DNA from: a virus
Direction: 5' to 3' (one strand)
DNA: 64,000 nucleotides
Virus record (IMG/VR): IMGVR_UViG_3300025133_000026
In this document: positions 54,576 through 64,000 of the stretch, piece by piece
How positions within the stretch are numbered: the first letter of the stretch is position 1
How the letters are laid out: each line of letters opens with the position of its first letter
Made by a program: the position numbers and the translations under genes
The notes under the pieces: model-generated
Seen by the model: the letters and a program-made list of their open reading frames with translations, nothing else
Databases searched by the model: none
What the model was told of the DNA's origin: nothing

Positions 54576-55265
54576 TTACCCCTTGTATTTGCTATAGGGG
54601 CCATCCCCTATTCCATAACTGTATTGGTTTTTAGCAGATCTTCCAGTAGGAGTTTTTGTGACAGATAGTGTGCTATCTGTTTCAACACTGGCCACAGTAG
54701 AAGCCGCATCGTCTATATCTGGTTGGCGTTCTATGTCAAAGGCTTCATCTTGATGAAAGACAATAATGTCTCTAGCCTTGTATTGGTAAGTGTTTTCTGT
54801 GATCATATCTTCTACTGAAGTTACTATACCATCACTCACTAGGTCCACACCAATAACTGCAAAGCTAGCGCGATGCCCCAGCTCACTAGCGTAGGTAATA
54901 ATTAGATGAAAAGGAGGGATTTCATCAGGAAACATTAAATTTGTTCCTTCTCTCCTTGGTCCACCAAAGCCTGCATCATAACTAAAATCATACTTGTACT
55001 CATTAAACAGGTCCCTGAGAGGATGATCTGCGAGGATAGTAGCTACAAGCGAACCCGCAATAACACGAGGGCCTCTGGTGTGTCCTTTAACATTTGTATA
55101 TCCCAAAGCTCTCACAGGAGATTTCTCCCTAAAGATAGAGACAGAGACTGTCTGTAAGGACTGTAGAAAAACTAACCCTGTCTTTCCGGGTACTAGAGCA
55201 TAAACTCTAGCATCAGTCCCGGAAAAAGACAGGGGGATGTTCTCTGTAAGAACACTAGTAGGCAT
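54576..55265 (-). CDS. Tail tube-like protein, paralog 2
   Basis: SFSGTD...LQTVSVSIFREKSPVRALG...RGPRVIAGSL...DEIPPFHL...TENTYQYKAR. Confidence 0.8.
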   Translation of the reverse strand: MPTSVLTENIPLSFSGTDARVYALVPGKTGLVFLQSLQTVSVSIFREKSPVRALGYTNVKGHTRGPRVIAGSLVATILADHPLRDLFNEYKYDFSYDAGFGGPRREGTNLMFPDEIPPFHLIITYASELGHRASFAVIGVDLVSDGIVTSVEDMITENTYQYKARDIIVFHQDEAFDIERQPDIDDAASTVASVETDSTLSVTKTPTGRSAKNQYSYGIGDGPYSKYKG

Positions 55266-55270
55266 ATGAT

Positions 55271-55927
55271 TTAGTAGTGACCGATATTACCGTCAGTATC
55301 ACGAAGACCGCCCGAAAGACGAGTCCAAGGGACAATTCCCCGGGCAACATAAGTCATTTGCATTTCGGACATAAGGTCATCGATAGAAATACCATAACCT
55401 TCGTTCAGAATCTCTACGCCTAGAACACGCATAATCATCAGTGTGCCTAATTCATTAGCTCCAGTCAGAACAACATCAAAGGGCGGGATTTGGTCAGAGT
55501 ACCAAGGGGTAGCTGACTCTTGATCATCACCCGCTATAGTTGAATCCCCCTCACCACCGGGGTTAAGCCCATCGGTCACTCCGACAATACTCGAGTCAAT
55601 GATTGTGTTAGATGCACCTGTTGAGGGGCGAATCTCCTCTTTGTCAGCTGCGAACTTGGAACTTGAAAAGATTCCTTGTACACCAACAAGAGCATGTGAA
55701 TCGAATACAGCAAAAATCAATGTTCCTGCAATGCCGCGCTTACCGCGAGAGTAAGCACGAGGATCTGGATGCCCAAGCGTATAGATTGGAGCCTTCTCTC
55801 TCTGAACAGCATAAGAAATAGCCTGTAGGGGCAGGGCTGCTTTGTTATGGAAAACAGCCTTAATGTCTACGCCAGAAAGAGAGTTGTATGTATTTTCATA
55901 AGCATCACTTGAAGTCAAGGTCGGCAT
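55271..55927 (-). CDS. Tail tube protein (major tube candidate)
   Basis: SLSGVDI...LQAISYAVQREKAPIYTLG...RGKRGIAGTLIFAVFD...DQIPPFDV; directly after the sheath with a strong SD. Confidence 0.85.
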   Translation of the reverse strand: MPTLTSSDAYENTYNSLSGVDIKAVFHNKAALPLQAISYAVQREKAPIYTLGHPDPRAYSRGKRGIAGTLIFAVFDSHALVGVQGIFSSSKFAADKEEIRPSTGASNTIIDSSIVGVTDGLNPGGEGDSTIAGDDQESATPWYSDQIPPFDVVLTGANELGTLMIMRVLGVEILNEGYGISIDDLMSEMQMTYVARGIVPWTRLSGGLRDTDGNIGHY

Positions 55928-55940
55928 TATCTCTCCTTAA

Positions 55941-57830
55941 TTATTCTGCAGCAAGACTAACGGTTAGGCTAATCTGTCTTAATTCATAGGCAGGAACAAG
56001 AACCATGGGGATCTCTGCCTGACCTGCTACTCTTTGTGCCGGGGTCGCAGTTACATCAAAGTCATAACGCTCTAGGGCATTTGGAACTTTCTCTTGTAGC
56101 TTTGTCTCGATGGCAGTACGGAGGGCTTCTCTTTGTGCTGTGGTGTTTCCTTCACCAAGGAATGGATCAGAGACATCACGGACTGTCTGAACAACATCTT
56201 TGACAATACGAACAGTTGTGAGACGAGTGTAGTCACTGTCTGGACGAGCCGCAGTTGGAGCATCGGTAACAACAACACCCTTCGGCTTGTTAACGAGAGA
56301 GATTAGACGAATACCAGCAAGGTCATCGAGCTTTGAGCCTTTTAGTTGACGAAGTAGTCTAACTCGTCTCATAACCTTGTTGGTCGGCGCACTTTCTACT
56401 CTAAGTCTAGAAACCATGCCAGCATATGAAGTTGCCATTGTTGAGATGTATGAAGTACTAGAGAAGTTATTAGTATGGACAACCACGCCAGCAACAACAG
56501 AAATATACTTTCCGATATCTACCTCAGCATCATTCTCATCAGTTTCTTCAATACCATCAAGCCATGTTCCAACTGGTAGCGAGCCTTCGGTAGCAACAAA
56601 ACCACCACCCTTAGCACCACCCCGGAAGCCAGCAGCACCTGCAAGCCACTTGTTTCCAAGTAGGCCTGTGCCATTGTCTCCAGATGAATTGACAAATTCT
56701 TCTAGGGTTGTTGAGTTGGTTGTGTATTCTGGAAGTTTTCCAATCCAAGAGGATAGTTCGCTTAACGAATACCCGGTAGGAAGCTTCACTGAAATAGCGC
56801 CAATTGGGAATTGCCACTGTTGGTTTGCACGATGACAAAAACGAGCGAGCTGGTAACCAAAGTTAACTTCATGAAAATCAGTCGCTGACAAAGAAGTTCC
56901 ATCAATTTTTGCAGAAGGTCCGGCCGAGCCGATAGATGGGTAGATTTCAGCAATGCCGTCGTCATCAGTGTCCCACCAGAAGTACTCAACACCAAGATAT
57001 TCTTCAACATAAACCTTACCAAGGACGTCGTTGCTTGCACCCATGGTTGGATAAGTCGTTAGACTGGCAAGACCAAGACTTGCGATTTCTGCCGAACTTA
57101 AATCTGCAATGTTGAGATCGTCAAGATATGCATCCATTGGAACTACAATATCGAAATCATAGAAGTCGAGCAGACCATAGGCTTTGTAAAGCTTTTCGTA
57201 AAGCTCCATTCGTGAACAACTAGAACCATCAGTACCTGCAGTGTATGTAACACCAAGGTCAGGAGCAGTGAAGCTTAAAGCGGAGACACCACTCATAAGA
57301 ACAGGAGCAGATACACTCCCAATATCACTACCTTCTCCAGTTGTTGGAGTTCCGGTAACGACTATATCTCCGTTTCCTTCTTCGTCCGCGAGTACACCAT
57401 CGGTGTCGAGGACCCACTCTTCTGCACTAACATCATAAATAACAAGGCGATCATTCGCCGCATCATACCAAATAGAAAAGGCATCACCAGCTTCATCATC
57501 TAATGAATCTGTTGTGACTGTGTAACCTCCTGTAATAGCATCAACACCAATACCCTCAAGAACAGCAGCAGTGCCACCAATTCTCATAAGAGCAACATTG
57601 TCTGCCCCCTGGGCTTTAACCTCATGGGCGCCTCGAGCCAAAGTGCCAACAAGACCAAATTCAGAACGAACGGAACTTAAGTTCTTTAGGACTACGGGGT
57701 TATAATTAACACCCTTTCCAGCAGTGCCTAGAACAAGCACTTTTGGGGCCGAGGAGGTGCTGTCAACCTGTAAGTTGCCATCGACAAGAGTCGGTTGTAC
57801 TCCAGGAAGGTTTGTGTAAAAACTGGACAT
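55941..57830 (-). CDS. Contractile tail sheath protein
   Basis: LVLGTAGKG N-terminus; C-terminal DYTRLTTVRIV...FLGEGN...LVPAYELRQISLTV; precedes the tube genes. Confidence 0.92.
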   Translation of the reverse strand: MSSFYTNLPGVQPTLVDGNLQVDSTSSAPKVLVLGTAGKGVNYNPVVLKNLSSVRSEFGLVGTLARGAHEVKAQGADNVALMRIGGTAAVLEGIGVDAITGGYTVTTDSLDDEAGDAFSIWYDAANDRLVIYDVSAEEWVLDTDGVLADEEGNGDIVVTGTPTTGEGSDIGSVSAPVLMSGVSALSFTAPDLGVTYTAGTDGSSCSRMELYEKLYKAYGLLDFYDFDIVVPMDAYLDDLNIADLSSAEIASLGLASLTTYPTMGASNDVLGKVYVEEYLGVEYFWWDTDDDGIAEIYPSIGSAGPSAKIDGTSLSATDFHEVNFGYQLARFCHRANQQWQFPIGAISVKLPTGYSLSELSSWIGKLPEYTTNSTTLEEFVNSSGDNGTGLLGNKWLAGAAGFRGGAKGGGFVATEGSLPVGTWLDGIEETDENDAEVDIGKYISVVAGVVVHTNNFSSTSYISTMATSYAGMVSRLRVESAPTNKVMRRVRLLRQLKGSKLDDLAGIRLISLVNKPKGVVVTDAPTAARPDSDYTRLTTVRIVKDVVQTVRDVSDPFLGEGNTTAQREALRTAIETKLQEKVPNALERYDFDVTATPAQRVAGQAEIPMVLVPAYELRQISLTVSLAAE

Positions 57831-57845
57831 TTTTTATCCTCCAGA

Positions 57846-58586
57846 TTATGGTTGACTTAAACCTAAATTAAGAATGATATCTCTAAGCTCGGCTTCAACT
57901 ATGTTGAAGGTACGGTCTGTTCGGAAATAATATTTCATCGGTCGACCCTTTAGCCAGTTACCTTGAGTATCGTCCTCCAATCTTACATCCGTTTGTCTTT
58001 CAACAAAGAGTACCTCAGAGATACCTTTTAATTTAAAATACCAACGGTAAATATTCATAAAATCTTCAAACCACAAAGCTCTTGTATTAGCTGCCTTGTT
58101 ACTTTTAGCCCAACAAGTAAATTCTACCACATTCTCCATCATCTGGCCCATAACCACCACTCTTTGGTTAGGGTGGGTGGGGTCAACCTTGACATAGCGG
58201 GCTCTTGGTTGCCATTCACGGCGGTCGCCGTCCTTGAGGGATGTCGAGAGTCGTCCTTGACTTATTCGCGCAGGACAACGCTTTACAAGCCTCCAGGTGA
58301 TAGTTTCAGACAATGCATCTGACGGAGGTGATTCTTCTACCAACTGGACACGATCTGCATTAATGATTTTCTTTCTATTTTGAAAGTCAGTCAGTGCAAT
58401 TTGAACTTCTCTAATTGCATAGTCTATGTCTTTAGATGCTACAGGCAATACTCCAGCTTCTGAAGTATCAGCAGATGAGCCAAGAACATGTACTTTTTTT
58501 CCACCTCTCGCCAAATTGTCTATAAGCTCTTCAACTCTTATAGACAAGTTTGCCAATTCAGGAGGTAGGTCTTTTAGATCTGGCAT
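57846..58586 (-). CDS. Tail terminator / neck protein
   Basis: Position upstream of the sheath; VEFTCWAKSNKAANTRALWFEDFM pattern. Confidence 0.55.
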   Translation of the reverse strand: MPDLKDLPPELANLSIRVEELIDNLARGGKKVHVLGSSADTSEAGVLPVASKDIDYAIREVQIALTDFQNRKKIINADRVQLVEESPPSDALSETITWRLVKRCPARISQGRLSTSLKDGDRREWQPRARYVKVDPTHPNQRVVVMGQMMENVVEFTCWAKSNKAANTRALWFEDFMNIYRWYFKLKGISEVLFVERQTDVRLEDDTQGNWLKGRPMKYYFRTDRTFNIVEAELRDIILNLGLSQP

Positions 58587-59155
58587 TATGTACTGTACCT
58601 TTGCTGGTTGTTATCAATGACAACAGCTTCTTTCTCAGAGCAGTGAACGGCCCAATACTCCAACCGCCCATTGTCTGAACGATAAGGAACAATTGTCTGC
58701 GGTCGATAAAGCTTTAGTCTGGTGTGAGGTGTGTAGATCGAACCATCTTTGTTTGTTCTTAGTTCAACTATACGATCATAATAATCAATAGTCACCGTGC
58801 TTTTCAAATAGAAGACAAGAGTTTGTACATTAATTGTTCCTATCTTTTGATAAAGATCTCTTTTTGTAAAACCAACCTCAGAGCCTCGAACATATGTTCT
58901 TCGAACGTCAATCCACTCTTCATCCCAGAAATAGCCCTCTCCAAGACAAAACGGACAATGAAAATCCATATCAGGTTCTTGAGTTAGTTCATCTACACAA
59001 GAGCATTCAATGAGAGCATCGTTACTGTCTCTTCTCATTCGGCGAAGAAGGCCTTTGTGAGATTTTGCAATTTCAGAACCCGTGCCATCGAACATGTCGA
59101 TAAGCTCTTGTCGAAGATCACCTTCAGCAACTTTTGAATAGAACTTGGTGGTCAT
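58586..59155 (-). CDS. Head closure/neck protein with Zn-binding motif
   Basis: ECSC...CPFCLGEGY; beta-barrel-like remainder; neck position. Confidence 0.6.
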   Translation of the reverse strand: MTTKFYSKVAEGDLRQELIDMFDGTGSEIAKSHKGLLRRMRRDSNDALIECSCVDELTQEPDMDFHCPFCLGEGYFWDEEWIDVRRTYVRGSEVGFTKRDLYQKIGTINVQTLVFYLKSTVTIDYYDRIVELRTNKDGSIYTPHTRLKLYRPQTIVPYRSDNGRLEYWAVHCSEKEAVVIDNNQQRYST

Positions 59156-60180
59156 TAGTTATGCTTTTTATTGTCTGGATCTGTAGCATCGTCTTCCCAG
59201 GAGTGGACAACTCTACGATTCGCTTCTTTAGTATATGTTCGAGAATTAGCGCCTCGACCAGAGTTGTTCCAACTACGACCAAAAGCAGGTCGGTCTGCAT
59301 GTTGACGACCCTTGATTCCGAACCTAGGCTTGAGAGAAGTATGCTCACTAAGCTCTCCTCCAGAAGCTAAGACTCTCTTCCATCGAAGACAAGCTTCTCT
59401 CATGTCGTTTATAAAACTTTGATAGCTCTCTGTATCCCATTGAACTTCTAGTTGATCAAGTTTCTTTTTCTTAGGTAAGACTGAAATAGTATTTTGCAAA
59501 AGAAGCATTCCCGTACGACACATAACATATTGTCGACGAGCATGATTGTACCAATCACTATTTGTAATACTGGTTGTATAAGTTAAAAGATCAGATTCTT
59601 TAGAGGCTTGCCAAATAGTAAAATCTATAGTTTCTGTATCTAAAGACCCGAGGTAGCTTCCTAGCTCTAAATCAACTATATCTGAGCTGACATAATAAGG
59701 ATAGAGAGTTGTTGACCATCTAAATGCATAATCTTCAGCGAGGGTGTTTCCGTCTGTATCTGCAATAGTCTCATCTAAAGTTATCGTAACAACATAGTTG
59801 TTGTCAAGTTCGAGAGACACCATGGAGATTTTCTCAAGGACATCAAAGCTGAAGATAACAGTACTACTAACACCATCGATAGTAGCCACCCAACGGTCAT
59901 AGTAAGTGCCGACTGTTCTGTCAATTGCAACTGGCCATGTATAGGAATAAATTCCTGTTTCGTGCAAGATAACAAGGTTTGTTCCTTGTTGTCCAACGCC
60001 ACCCAAAGAGGAAGTTGTTGCATTCAAAACAATGGCATCTCCGTCTACAACCGAACTATCAGAAGGGTCAGTAGAAAAGATACTTAACTGTGGAGTAGAA
60101 TCAGGATTTATCAAAGTTCCATCAGCATTTGTAAACTGTACAATTAGCTGAATGTCACCATCTTGATACTGATTTCTCAT
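59155..60180 (-). CDS. Head-tail adaptor with N-terminal Ig-like domains
   Basis: ETGIYSYTW...GTYYDRW beta domain; helical adaptor-like C-terminal part (KKKLDQLEV). Confidence 0.55.
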   Translation of the reverse strand: MRNQYQDGDIQLIVQFTNADGTLINPDSTPQLSIFSTDPSDSSVVDGDAIVLNATTSSLGGVGQQGTNLVILHETGIYSYTWPVAIDRTVGTYYDRWVATIDGVSSTVIFSFDVLEKISMVSLELDNNYVVTITLDETIADTDGNTLAEDYAFRWSTTLYPYYVSSDIVDLELGSYLGSLDTETIDFTIWQASKESDLLTYTTSITNSDWYNHARRQYVMCRTGMLLLQNTISVLPKKKKLDQLEVQWDTESYQSFINDMREACLRWKRVLASGGELSEHTSLKPRFGIKGRQHADRPAFGRSWNNSGRGANSRTYTKEANRRVVHSWEDDATDPDNKKHN

Positions 60181-60545
60181 TAGACTGTATCCAAGGCCTC
60201 TGGCAAATCAGACAAGTCAATAGTGTACGTCCCTGGTCCATAGTTCCAAGTAACAGTAGTCCCTGTAGCATCTGCAGGCCCTGTGCTTTCGATAGAAGAA
60301 ACAACTCTGTCTGCCGGACCAATGAAAGTTGTACTTTCTATTCGACGACCACCGTTGGAGTGAAGCAGCCAGGTTCCGTAATCAGGAATAGGATGGCCTG
60401 AAACAGATGTTGTTGTTGGTCTAACTCCTAGATAAAATGCATCGCGGCGGCGCACTTCTCCAGACATTTTAATAATATCTGTACGTAGTAAATCTCCAGC
60501 CGCGTTGTAGTAAAGTCTTTGATATTCAACACTAGCGAATGCCAT
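60180..60545 (-). CDS. Hypothetical virion protein (121 aa)
   Basis: Strong SD (TAAGGAG); coupled within the structural block. Confidence 0.55.
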   Translation of the reverse strand: MAFASVEYQRLYYNAAGDLLRTDIIKMSGEVRRRDAFYLGVRPTTTSVSGHPIPDYGTWLLHSNGGRRIESTTFIGPADRVVSSIESTGPADATGTTVTWNYGPGTYTIDLSDLPEALDTV

Positions 60546-60555
60546 AACCTACTCC

Positions 60556-61635
60556 TTATATATCAATATATAAGTCCTTGCCACTGACGGTAAGGACTTT
60601 GGGTACTGCCCCTATCTCGCTCAAATCGCTTCCATCAAACACACCATCTACAGGATTCACAGTAACAGAGACTGTTTCCTGAGTAATTGTGTCTGAATCG
60701 ATATTGGCAGAGAAGGTTACAGTTATTCTCTTTTTAGTAACAGAAATACGAGTAGACTTATCTACAGGACTAGTAGAAGAAACACTGAGTGCAGTCGTGC
60801 TCGTAGAAGTAGAAGTACCACCCAAAACAGTAGTACTTGTAGTGCTGGGAAGGGAGATAATCGAACCTGACCCAGTGGTGAATGTCCACTTATAAGTCGT
60901 GGTCATATACAAAGGAGCAGAAACATTAAAGCTAAAGCTGTCGTCTACTATAAAGCCACTTCCACCAAAAGTAATATAAACATCATTGTCTAACTCAACT
61001 TCGTTTGTGCTTGTAGTTCCTGTTCGGACGAGACTAGGGGCAGATGTTTTGTACCACTGGTACTTCGCCGTACCTATGTCCCCTGCAGTTGTTATCTCTA
61101 CTATATAACCATCGTCTATAGTGCCTGTATACCCCCCTGAGACTGTTGCTGTGCCCGACCCGAGGTTCATACCCAAGGAGACATCGAAAACAGTCCTAGC
61201 AGCCAAGCCTACGCGAATGGTGTCACTTGAATCTTCATCACCAGCTAAGTAAATAGTATAGGTTGTGCTAGGAGATAAGTTCTTGCTGGGAGAAAAGATA
61301 GCTTTAGTTCTATATGCGCCTGCACCAGCAGAATAAGTTCCAGACGAAACAGCATTGTCGTCTGCATCAAGTTTCTCAAAGGTAAATGTGCCAGCCACCA
61401 AGCCTTGATAATTTGGACTGTCTAAGAACAGTTCAGGCTCTGGCGTTTCAGCCCTATCGAAAGTTTGTAGACCACCACCTGTCCATCGATCAGTGTCGGG
61501 GCCTTCAACGATAAAGGCTTTATTGATTGAAACTGGATCAATTTCTTGATCAAAAACAACCCATACAGTGCTTCCAAGAACAACACCAGAAGCGCTATCG
61601 GACGGAAATACATTTTGAACAGTAGGGGCAGCCAC
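60556..61635 (-). CDS. Ig-like (SbsA/Big_5-type) surface protein with Ser/Thr linker
   Basis: VFPSDSASGV...VVFDQEID...LSPSTTYTI...WTFTTG; likely GTG start at 61635 after AAGGA rather than 61683. Confidence 0.7.
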   Translation of the reverse strand: MAAPTVQNVFPSDSASGVVLGSTVWVVFDQEIDPVSINKAFIVEGPDTDRWTGGGLQTFDRAETPEPELFLDSPNYQGLVAGTFTFEKLDADDNAVSSGTYSAGAGAYRTKAIFSPSKNLSPSTTYTIYLAGDEDSSDTIRVGLAARTVFDVSLGMNLGSGTATVSGGYTGTIDDGYIVEITTAGDIGTAKYQWYKTSAPSLVRTGTTSTNEVELDNDVYITFGGSGFIVDDSFSFNVSAPLYMTTTYKWTFTTGSGSIISLPSTTSTTVLGGTSTSTSTTALSVSSTSPVDKSTRISVTKKRITVTFSANIDSDTITQETVSVTVNPVDGVFDGSDLSEIGAVPKVLTVSGKDLYIDI

Positions 61636-61640
61636 AGACT

Positions 61641-61973
61641 TTAATCCTTGATAAGCCTGAAGGTTCTCCCCAGGGAGACCCACCAGTTATTACTAAGTTC
61701 TTTATTCTTACGCTTTTCTTGGTCTAGCTTGTCCATAAGCTTTCTGGTTTCTTCTGTTCTATTTGCACAGCGAGCAATCCAGAGATCTTTCTCTTGGTAT
61801 AGTTTACGTATTTCTTCAAGTTGACTATCAGAAGGAAGGCCTCTAGCCTCAATGAATATTTCTTCATTGTCTCCTTCTATAATACTGAAGTGGTCGTATT
61901 CAGCATTCTCTTTAATTAGTTTTTTCTTTGTGGCCTCAACCATTGCTTTAAGGCGTAATTCTTCTCTATTCAT
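61641..61973 (-). CDS. Hypothetical charged coiled-coil protein (110 aa)
   Basis: E/K-rich ORF with AGGA SD. Confidence 0.55.
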   Translation of the reverse strand: MNREELRLKAMVEATKKKLIKENAEYDHFSIIEGDNEEIFIEARGLPSDSQLEEIRKLYQEKDLWIARCANRTEETRKLMDKLDQEKRKNKELSNNWWVSLGRTFRLIKD

Positions 61974-61989
61974 GTTGGTTCCTACAATG

Positions 61990-62021
61990 AGGGGCCAGCC
62001 AGTGAGAACCAGCTGGCCCCT
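61990..62021 (-). promoter_or_regulatory. GC-rich stem-loop after the major capsid gene (no U tract)
   Basis: AGGGGCCAGC-12 nt-GCTGGCCCCT perfect 10-bp stem. Confidence 0.6.
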
Positions 62022-62071
62022 GTGGGCTTCAGAGCTTTATAGTTAGCAGGGTTGAACTAACTACCGGTAGA

Positions 62072-63310
62072 TTAAACTACAGCGGTAGTAGCAGGAATTT
62101 CAGCAACCTCGCCAGATACAGTCTGCGTTAGCTGTGCCGGAAGAACGATCTGGTTGGGAACAACCTTAACATTCTTGGCGACTGCAATGGCAAGACCCTC
62201 ATTATAGATACCAATGCCGTAACGTTCACGAAGCTTAATCTTGCGGACATCGACACGAGGATCACTCCATTCATCGGTCGTAAGAGCTTCATCAACAAGC
62301 ATTGCACCTAGCTCGCCTGACTGGAATACAACTACATCAGTAAGTAGAGTATCCGGATCAAATGGCATGAAGGGGCTAACAATTACTCGGAATGGGAAGG
62401 GCATGTAGCTCGGAAGAACGGGAGCACCAGTGGCATTCTGGTCATAGTCATTGACTCCAGAAGCACTTTGTGAACCAGCGTTTCCACCGGGAACGATATC
62501 ACGACCACCACTTAGACCAAGCTTACCTTGGGGACCATTCTGGATCGGGTAACGAGCAGCGGGGGAACCCTGCCATCGCTGGAAGAAGCTTCCACCACCT
62601 GACTGTAGCGCGAAAGAACGCATAGTCGGATCCTTAACCCACATTAGCCATGTAAGCGGGTGAACAAGAATGGTATCAGGAACGAAGCCCTGATGGATAA
62701 GTTGTGCCATCATGTCGAAAAGGTCATCCATTATCATGGAACCATTCGCAGCACCAGCTAGGCCACGTCCAGTGGTTACACCGTGTGAACTAGTTGTGGG
62801 GTCAGCGTTATCGAATACCTTAACACCTAGCGAAAGGACGTGTTGGAAGATCTTGGTTTCTTTGTGACGAGCCATCGCACGACCAGCTTGTCTCATGTAT
62901 AGACCCATGAGATCAAACTGACTGTAGCGAATCATCTCTTCAGTGAAACCAAAAGCCATACCAACCTTACCTACGTTAGCGGTAACCGTCGCACCGCCAA
63001 TCTGGGGCTGGTGCTCTGGGTACTCTTGACCTTCTGCAATATCGTCAGCAGTCATTGCACCCATCGCTGGGAAAACAATTGACTGGCCATACTGATACGG
63101 AATCTGATCTAGCAAACTGGTACCGACAAGGAGAGGCTCTTGTGCCTCTTGGATGATCTGGACTACAACCTTAGGAAGTAGGGGGCCAGCATTGGATGTA
63201 TTTAGAACATCCATCATCTCAAATCTTTTACCAGTCACGAGATCGAGTCCGCCACTCTGTAGAATAGAGCGAGCATGGTTCGTGTCTTTAAATTCAAAAC
63301 CGGACATCAT
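62072..63310 (-). CDS. Major capsid protein (HK97 fold)
   Basis: IAEGQEYPE...KVGMAFGFTEEMIRYSQFDL...AGRAMARHKE...KLRERYGIGI; strong SD. Confidence 0.92.
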   Translation of the reverse strand: MMSGFEFKDTNHARSILQSGGLDLVTGKRFEMMDVLNTSNAGPLLPKVVVQIIQEAQEPLLVGTSLLDQIPYQYGQSIVFPAMGAMTADDIAEGQEYPEHQPQIGGATVTANVGKVGMAFGFTEEMIRYSQFDLMGLYMRQAGRAMARHKETKIFQHVLSLGVKVFDNADPTTSSHGVTTGRGLAGAANGSMIMDDLFDMMAQLIHQGFVPDTILVHPLTWLMWVKDPTMRSFALQSGGGSFFQRWQGSPAARYPIQNGPQGKLGLSGGRDIVPGGNAGSQSASGVNDYDQNATGAPVLPSYMPFPFRVIVSPFMPFDPDTLLTDVVVFQSGELGAMLVDEALTTDEWSDPRVDVRKIKLRERYGIGIYNEGLAIAVAKNVKVVPNQIVLPAQLTQTVSGEVAEIPATTAVV

Positions 63311-63317
63311 TCTCTCC

Positions 63318-64000
63318 TTATCGACTGATTAGGTTGATGATTACTTCGCGGTCGGCACCGGTTGTACTGACATTTAGAGTGTCAGGAAAACCAGAGGTTG
63401 CAGTACCAGGCATTTGGTTCACAGTACCAAGAGACGAGTAATGTGTCTTGACTTTGTCAAGATTGTCTCTCGGATGTGTAATAAAGCCTAGGACCTGGCC
63501 CATAACGGTATTGATACCGGTACCAGTAGCTAATGTAAAGTTAGAGTCACCATCGACCTCAACGAGTGAACCGGGGCGAAGTAGCCCTGTCGCAGCGACA
63601 TAATCGTGGACAGAAGTCGGAACGCTGTTGTAATGGTTGTAAGAAAGTACAGTACCGCTTACGCGTGCTGGAACGGTAGCTCCACCAGAGACCCAGAAGA
63701 AGGCAACGCCAGCTTCGTAATCGAGGTAATAGTCACCGGACTGAGACATACCATCAACGCTAGTGCGCTCACGAAGTAGGAGCGTAGAATCATCAGCAGA
63801 GATTGTAGTTCTCGCAGTGCTCTTAGCCAACGCAGAGTTGGTTAGAGAAGCAGCAATAAAGTCTGTACTTGTAACACCGCTATAGCGAACAGTCGCAATA
63901 ACGTTAGCAGCACTAAAGAGGTTGCCCGCACCATAGGTGAGAGTTGAGCCAGTAAGAGCCGCATCTAGTGTCTCGTCAGTCGACGCGGACGCCAAGTGAG
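63318..64000 (-). CDS. Capsid decoration/cement protein (5' end probably outside window)
   Basis: Frame is open to the window edge; LRPGSLVEVDGDSNF...VMGQVLG beta-tulip-like pattern; immediately upstream of the MCP gene. Confidence 0.6.
   Translation of the reverse strand, partial: HLASASTDETLDAALTGSTLTYGAGNLFSAANVIATVRYSGVTSTDFIAASLTNSALAKSTARTTISADDSTLLLRERTSVDGMSQSGDYYLDYEAGVAFFWVSGGATVPARVSGTVLSYNHYNSVPTSVHDYVAATGLLRPGSLVEVDGDSNFTLATGTGINTVMGQVLGFITHPRDNLDKVKTHYSSLGTVNQMPGTATSGFPDTLNVSTTGADREVIINLISR

Noticed and set aside
4588-62046. Other short plus-strand or nested ORFs (e.g. 33312-33692, 45584-45937, 53905-54252, 56377-56835)
   Set aside because: They lie within long, motif-bearing genes, mostly antisense, and have Ser/Leu/Phe-rich shadow composition.
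1-64000. Stop-codon reassignment as in some large phages
   Set aside because: Genes are intact and tightly coupled under the standard bacterial code, and TAA, TAG and TGA all end recognisable genes.
1-64000. CRISPR array, tRNA genes, inteins or introns
   Set aside because: Intergenic gaps are under 100 nt, with no repeat-spacer or cloverleaf pattern; no intein splice motifs or interrupted conserved genes noticed by eye.

Overview
This window is part of a large contractile-tailed (myovirus-like) dsDNA phage genome. About 62.5 kb (1500-64000) is one densely packed, translationally coupled minus-strand late block. In transcription order it runs: capsid decoration protein, HK97-type major capsid protein, neck proteins, tail sheath, three tail-tube paralogs, two chaperone paralogs, three giant proteins of 1319, 1820 and 2088 aa in the tape-measure/hub position, baseplate genes, fibre/decoration genes, a ~12 kb cluster for soluble sugar synthesis, glycosylation and sulfation, and a holin. 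The first 1.5 kb is the end of a convergent plus-strand unit (RusA, a small HTH, hypotheticals). The main finding is the 1820-aa protein in the tape-measure position. Read by eye, it carries both halves of a two-barrel (DPBB) RNA polymerase active site in one chain: a beta-like GTK-x9-K motif and a beta-prime-like RFPT...DFDKD motif. It also has an inserted RNase D-like DEDDy 3'-5' exonuclease and hydrophobic segments at both ends. This suggests a virion-delivered RNA polymerase fused to an exonuclease. Second, the glycan cluster lies inside the structural operon and lacks a flippase or polymerase, pointing to glycosylation of the virion itself. A GC-rich recombination hotspot sits in the fibre region. 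All annotations come from motif reading without database searches. No tRNA, CRISPR array, integrase or reverse transcriptase was seen.
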